Shown here: positions 28,935 to 32,000 of the stretch, in pieces
How the letters are laid out: each line of letters begins with the position of its first letter
Position numbering within the stretch: the stretch's first letter is position 1
IMG/VR virus record: IMGVR_UViG_3300045988_147533
Coordinates: 1-32,000 of that record
Direction: 5' to 3' (one strand)
DNA length: 32,000 nucleotides
Source: a virus
Translations under genes and position numbers: made by a program
Notes under the pieces: model-generated
Database searches by the model: none
The model's input: only the letters and a program-made list of their open reading frames with translations
Told to the model about the DNA's origin: nothing

Positions 28935-30515
28935 TTATACCTCGCTTTCTAATACAAGATCTAAATCTTCAGGAAGTTCAGTGATTAAGTTATAGGTCAA
29001 TTTATTTAAATAAAATTTTTCCCTTTTACCAAACTCAGTTTCTACATAAATTGAATCATTTAATTTCAATGTCTGTGCATCAGGCACATTGGATGAAAAT
29101 AATTCTTCAAATTTAATAGACGTTTCTGTTTTCGGCTTTTGTAGTTCTTTCTCCAAAGATTTTTTTGCCTGTATTCTAAGATAGCTAATTAAATTTGCTT
29201 CATTTCTAAACACGCCCAGTGTTGTTTTTTTAGCTTCTGAATCGTCTTCCATTAACTTGATATTAGAATATTCTTTCACATCAATTCTATGAATCTCATC
29301 TGTATACCAATTGCTCGCTTTAACGATTTCGTTGTTTGGTAAAATTCGCCCGTTGTATGCTTTTGGAATTATTCCTGTTACGACATCTTCCATCGACTTC
29401 TTTTTTGTGTATTCAGACATTTCTTTATTGCTTATGAAAAATTCATTTGGCTTCAAACCGGAAGCATAATAATTTGAATTTCCAAAATAACAATCATAAT
29501 TATTGAACATAGCAACAAATCTATTACTTTCACATTCAGGCCATCTGTTCATCATGGAATTGTCTTCCTCCCCAAATAAACATTGAATCAGATTATATCT
29601 AACCCAATATGCAGTTTGCGTAGAATCCACATCTTCCAATGTCCATTTGCAAATATTTCCTATATTTCTATCTGCAACGATAACTTTATTTTCATTTCCA
29701 ACACTTGTTAAATTAGGATAGATTCCATAATATACATTTTTTAATGGCGCAATTTCATAACTAGATCCATTTTTGATGAACCACCATTGCTCAGAACTGT
29801 CGGATGGTCTTTCAGATAAACTACCTAGAACAACCTTTTCTGAATCCAATTTCAACCATCTACATGAACATAGTGATAAAATTCCATATATGTCTCCATA
29901 TATGCCTGACCCTACTTTTTTTAGCATAAATGTTTGAGCGGCGGTTCTATTTATTTGATGTGTCTGTAGCTGCAACAATACATTTTCACTTGCATTTGGA
30001 ACCTCTAAGCAATATTCATTGCTTAGAGCATTACGGAAATATACAATTTTTCCATCCTCTGCATATATATTTGTATAGTTCACATATTTTCTACGTCCAT
30101 GGATTTTATAAGGATAATTAGAATGAGAATTTGTGATAATGTCATTTGCGGTGTGTATCGCATCTTCCCACGTACCACTCATAGTACGATCATCAAACAC
30201 AAACACTTCTTTTTGAGAATCAAAGAACACATGTGTTGCATAGCATGTATATGTATCGCTTTGTTTGTTGTATTTTGGATACACAATTCTATATAACTGT
30301 GGTTCTTCAAAATTTATATCCACTTTAAACACAGATTCATCAGTGATTTTCATACCCATCAAATCACTTTTTGGAAATTCAATTTCTATGTACCAAACAG
30401 AATTTCTTTCAAATACTGCCTTAGCACTTATACAATGTCGTAGAATCACATCTCCATTACGTTCTTTCATTTGTACATATGTTGTTTTTTTTCTAGAAAA
30501 GAATAAATGAATCAT
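28935..30515 (-). CDS. Tal-type tail-tip protein (phage minor structural protein N-terminal family) with an inserted beta-trefoil-like segment
   Basis: Position after Dit; N-terminus typical of Tal. Residues about 150-296 show three pseudo-repeats ending AQTF / EQWW / CKWT. Confidence 0.7.
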   Translation of the reverse strand: MIHLFFSRKKTTYVQMKERNGDVILRHCISAKAVFERNSVWYIEIEFPKSDLMGMKITDESVFKVDINFEEPQLYRIVYPKYNKQSDTYTCYATHVFFDSQKEVFVFDDRTMSGTWEDAIHTANDIITNSHSNYPYKIHGRRKYVNYTNIYAEDGKIVYFRNALSNEYCLEVPNASENVLLQLQTHQINRTAAQTFMLKKVGSGIYGDIYGILSLCSCRWLKLDSEKVVLGSLSERPSDSSEQWWFIKNGSSYEIAPLKNVYYGIYPNLTSVGNENKVIVADRNIGNICKWTLEDVDSTQTAYWVRYNLIQCLFGEEDNSMMNRWPECESNRFVAMFNNYDCYFGNSNYYASGLKPNEFFISNKEMSEYTKKKSMEDVVTGIIPKAYNGRILPNNEIVKASNWYTDEIHRIDVKEYSNIKLMEDDSEAKKTTLGVFRNEANLISYLRIQAKKSLEKELQKPKTETSIKFEELFSSNVPDAQTLKLNDSIYVETEFGKREKFYLNKLTYNLITELPEDLDLVLESEV

Positions 30516-30517
30516 CT

Positions 30518-31315
30518 TTATTTCTCCCTATAATTACGTATAATTTCTGCACGAATAGCACCAATATCTGTTGTGATCAATACATTATTTGAACCATAAT
30601 TAAACTTAATCCCATCAAACGAACCACTTGTTTTCAATGTGTCATATTTATACGTTCCATTTTTATAATATGTTTTCATATAAGAACTTTCCGTATTGAT
30701 TTCAACATAAGAAATATCCGATGTACCGTTAAAAGGATTTGTGATTGTAAAATTATTTCCATTACAATTGATCGTAATGTTTTTTGCGTTCATGGAAGTG
30801 TTATATAAGCGATAGATTGGATATGCTGTTTCATAATAATTCGCAAGTTCTACCTTTTTTCCACTTACAATATCGTATGGCCTTGAATACTTATTTACGT
30901 ATCTGTAAGGTTCACAAATAAATGTGATTGTAAATTCACTTCCTCGTCCAAAATCTCTTGAATCCATATCAAACGTTACATTTTTTACCTTCCAATAATG
31001 TTCTCTATCATCACTAGTTAATTCTAATATTCCTTTATTTCCATTAAAATATTGTTGGATTTTATAGATACGATCTAGATATTCTTTCTTGCTATTTAAA
31101 ACAAAGTTGCATTTAACAGGAATTTTGCGATCTTGATATACACCTGTATGACGATACGATGTAGTACCGTCACCAAGTGTAGATGTTTCTACAATTTCCT
31201 CTGCCATAGGAATAACAGGACGCTCACTTACCTTTAATAAATACATAATATTTTGCGTATAACGCAGTTTATTTTCAGGTGTAAATCTAAAATGATACAT
31301 TCTATGAACCTCCAT
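30518..31315 (-). CDS. Distal tail protein (Dit, siphovirus tail component)
   Basis: Size and position between TMP and Tal; N-terminus FRFTPENKL...SERPVIPMAEEIVETSTLGDGTTSY fits the Sipho_tail pattern. Confidence 0.75.
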   Translation of the reverse strand: MEVHRMYHFRFTPENKLRYTQNIMYLLKVSERPVIPMAEEIVETSTLGDGTTSYRHTGVYQDRKIPVKCNFVLNSKKEYLDRIYKIQQYFNGNKGILELTSDDREHYWKVKNVTFDMDSRDFGRGSEFTITFICEPYRYVNKYSRPYDIVSGKKVELANYYETAYPIYRLYNTSMNAKNITINCNGNNFTITNPFNGTSDISYVEINTESSYMKTYYKNGTYKYDTLKTSGSFDGIKFNYGSNNVLITTDIGAIRAEIIRNYREK

Positions 31316-32000
31316 TTCCCCATGATTTCAACATATCTCGAATTGATATAATTTCTTGTACAGTATCTGTAACAACATTTCCATCCAATTGCATAGGTTG
31401 TAGATTGATTGTGATATTGCTATCCAATATTGCATTTAAAGCACTCGTTAAATTGTCCATTCTTTTGTAAATACCATCCAAGTTTAAATTGTATGCCGTA
31501 GAATTAGAACGCGATACTGTACCACCCATAATAGATGTAGTAGCATCACTAGCCACTGCATATGCGCTTGTATCAGCCAACGCTGCAATAGAATCAGCAC
31601 TCATAGGTGCAATATCAGAATCAACAACAGGTCGAGATAAATTATCTAAAGAATGTTTTTCAGTTTTGTGTACAGTTTTCTTTATAGTTGTAATAATAAT
31701 AGGATCTTTAGCGGCTGCTTTTGCGTTATGGATAGCTTTTTGAACTTTTTTTGCATAATCTATAGCTGCTTGCGCATACGGTTCATAAGCTTTCACTAAT
31801 GCACTTCCGCCTGTTTTTCCCATAGAAGTAGAAGCTACCTTTGCGTTGGATTTTCCATCACCAAGACTATCTCCAATATCTTTGGATTTTTTTGAAGATT
31901 TATCTTTAGCTTTATCTAATTCCTTTTCTAATTCGTCAACTCCGCCTTTTCCCAAAGCTTTCATTGCATCGGAAACGGATATTTGATTACTAGCGATTGC
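31302..32000 (-). CDS. Tape measure protein, C-terminal part (5' end lies beyond the window)
   Basis: The frame stays open from 31964 to the window edge; Ala/Lys-rich helical sequence directly upstream of Dit. Confidence 0.7.
   Translation of the reverse strand, partial: AIASNQISVSDAMKALGKGGVDELEKELDKAKDKSSKKSKDIGDSLGDGKSNAKVASTSMGKTGGSALVKAYEPYAQAAIDYAKKVQKAIHNAKAAAKDPIIITTIKKTVHKTEKHSLDNLSRPVVDSDIAPMSADSIAALADTSAYAVASDATTSIMGGTVSRSNSTAYNLNLDGIYKRMDNLTSALNAILDSNITINLQPMQLDGNVVTDTVQEIISIRDMLKSWGNGGS

Larger units (their letters stand above)
13..32000 (-). mobile_element. Temperate siphovirus genome / prophage (lysogeny, replication, tail and lysis modules); continues past the right window edge
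   Basis: Integrase, XRE repressor, replication organizer plus loader, TMP-Dit-Tal tail module and holin-amidase are all present in canonical modular order. Confidence 0.85.

Noticed and set aside
1-32000. Diversity-generating retroelement, retron, transposase/IS or toxin-antitoxin type III repeats
   Set aside because: No reverse-transcriptase-like ORF (no YxDD-containing protein) and no template/variable repeat pair were noticed near the fibre genes. No DDE/IS-like ORF or terminal inverted repeats were seen.

Overview
The window is a visibly AT-rich (Firmicutes-like) temperate siphovirus genome, either free phage or prophage. Bases 1-12 are an Illumina adapter remnant, so it starts at a contig end and possibly a physical DNA end.

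Gene order: nearly all genes from 2714 to 32000 are on the minus strand. Reading that strand from 32000 downwards:
- tape-measure C-terminus, Dit, Tal, baseplate and fibre genes (32000 to 23087)
- XkdX-like and coiled-coil membrane proteins
- a six-gene cassette with its own sigma-region-4-like protein (22426 to 19751), inserted ahead of holin and amidase endolysin (19677 to 18276)
- a repeat-rich putative attP, then a tyrosine integrase (17965 to 16868)
- a cargo island (16721 to 14685): PBECR-like nuclease plus a 57-aa partner, a stand-alone 45-aa peptide gene, a G13 tract and MazEF
- a plus-strand XRE repressor facing a 37-bp perfect palindrome that contains the early promoter (14038-14082)
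- the early/replication operon: RHH protein, DUF2829/Tad2-like protein, a second tyrosine recombinase, a DnaD-like organizer with in-gene iterons, a DnaC-like loader, dimeric dUTPase, late activator, two paralogous lipoproteins, an orphan tail-tube fragment fused to a duplicated domain, and an ImmA-like protease

A short plus-strand operon at the left end (87-2702) contains ArdA as its second gene. Four plus-strand moron-like genes sit inside the minus-strand early region.

I saw no rRNA, tRNA, CRISPR array, reverse transcriptase or transposase.

Best candidates for something undescribed:
1. the 19751-22426 cassette (sigma-r4-like, Gln-rich, NPQ-repeat, Gly/Tyr-flanked TM Cys-rich and BclA-C1q-like proteins)
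2. the 2714-4239 locus (truncated tail tube, tandem paralogues, ImmA-like protease), which carries a dense one-orientation AAAACTT motif array
3. the integrase-proximal cargo island with the G13 tract

All family assignments are from remembered consensus patterns. No search was run.
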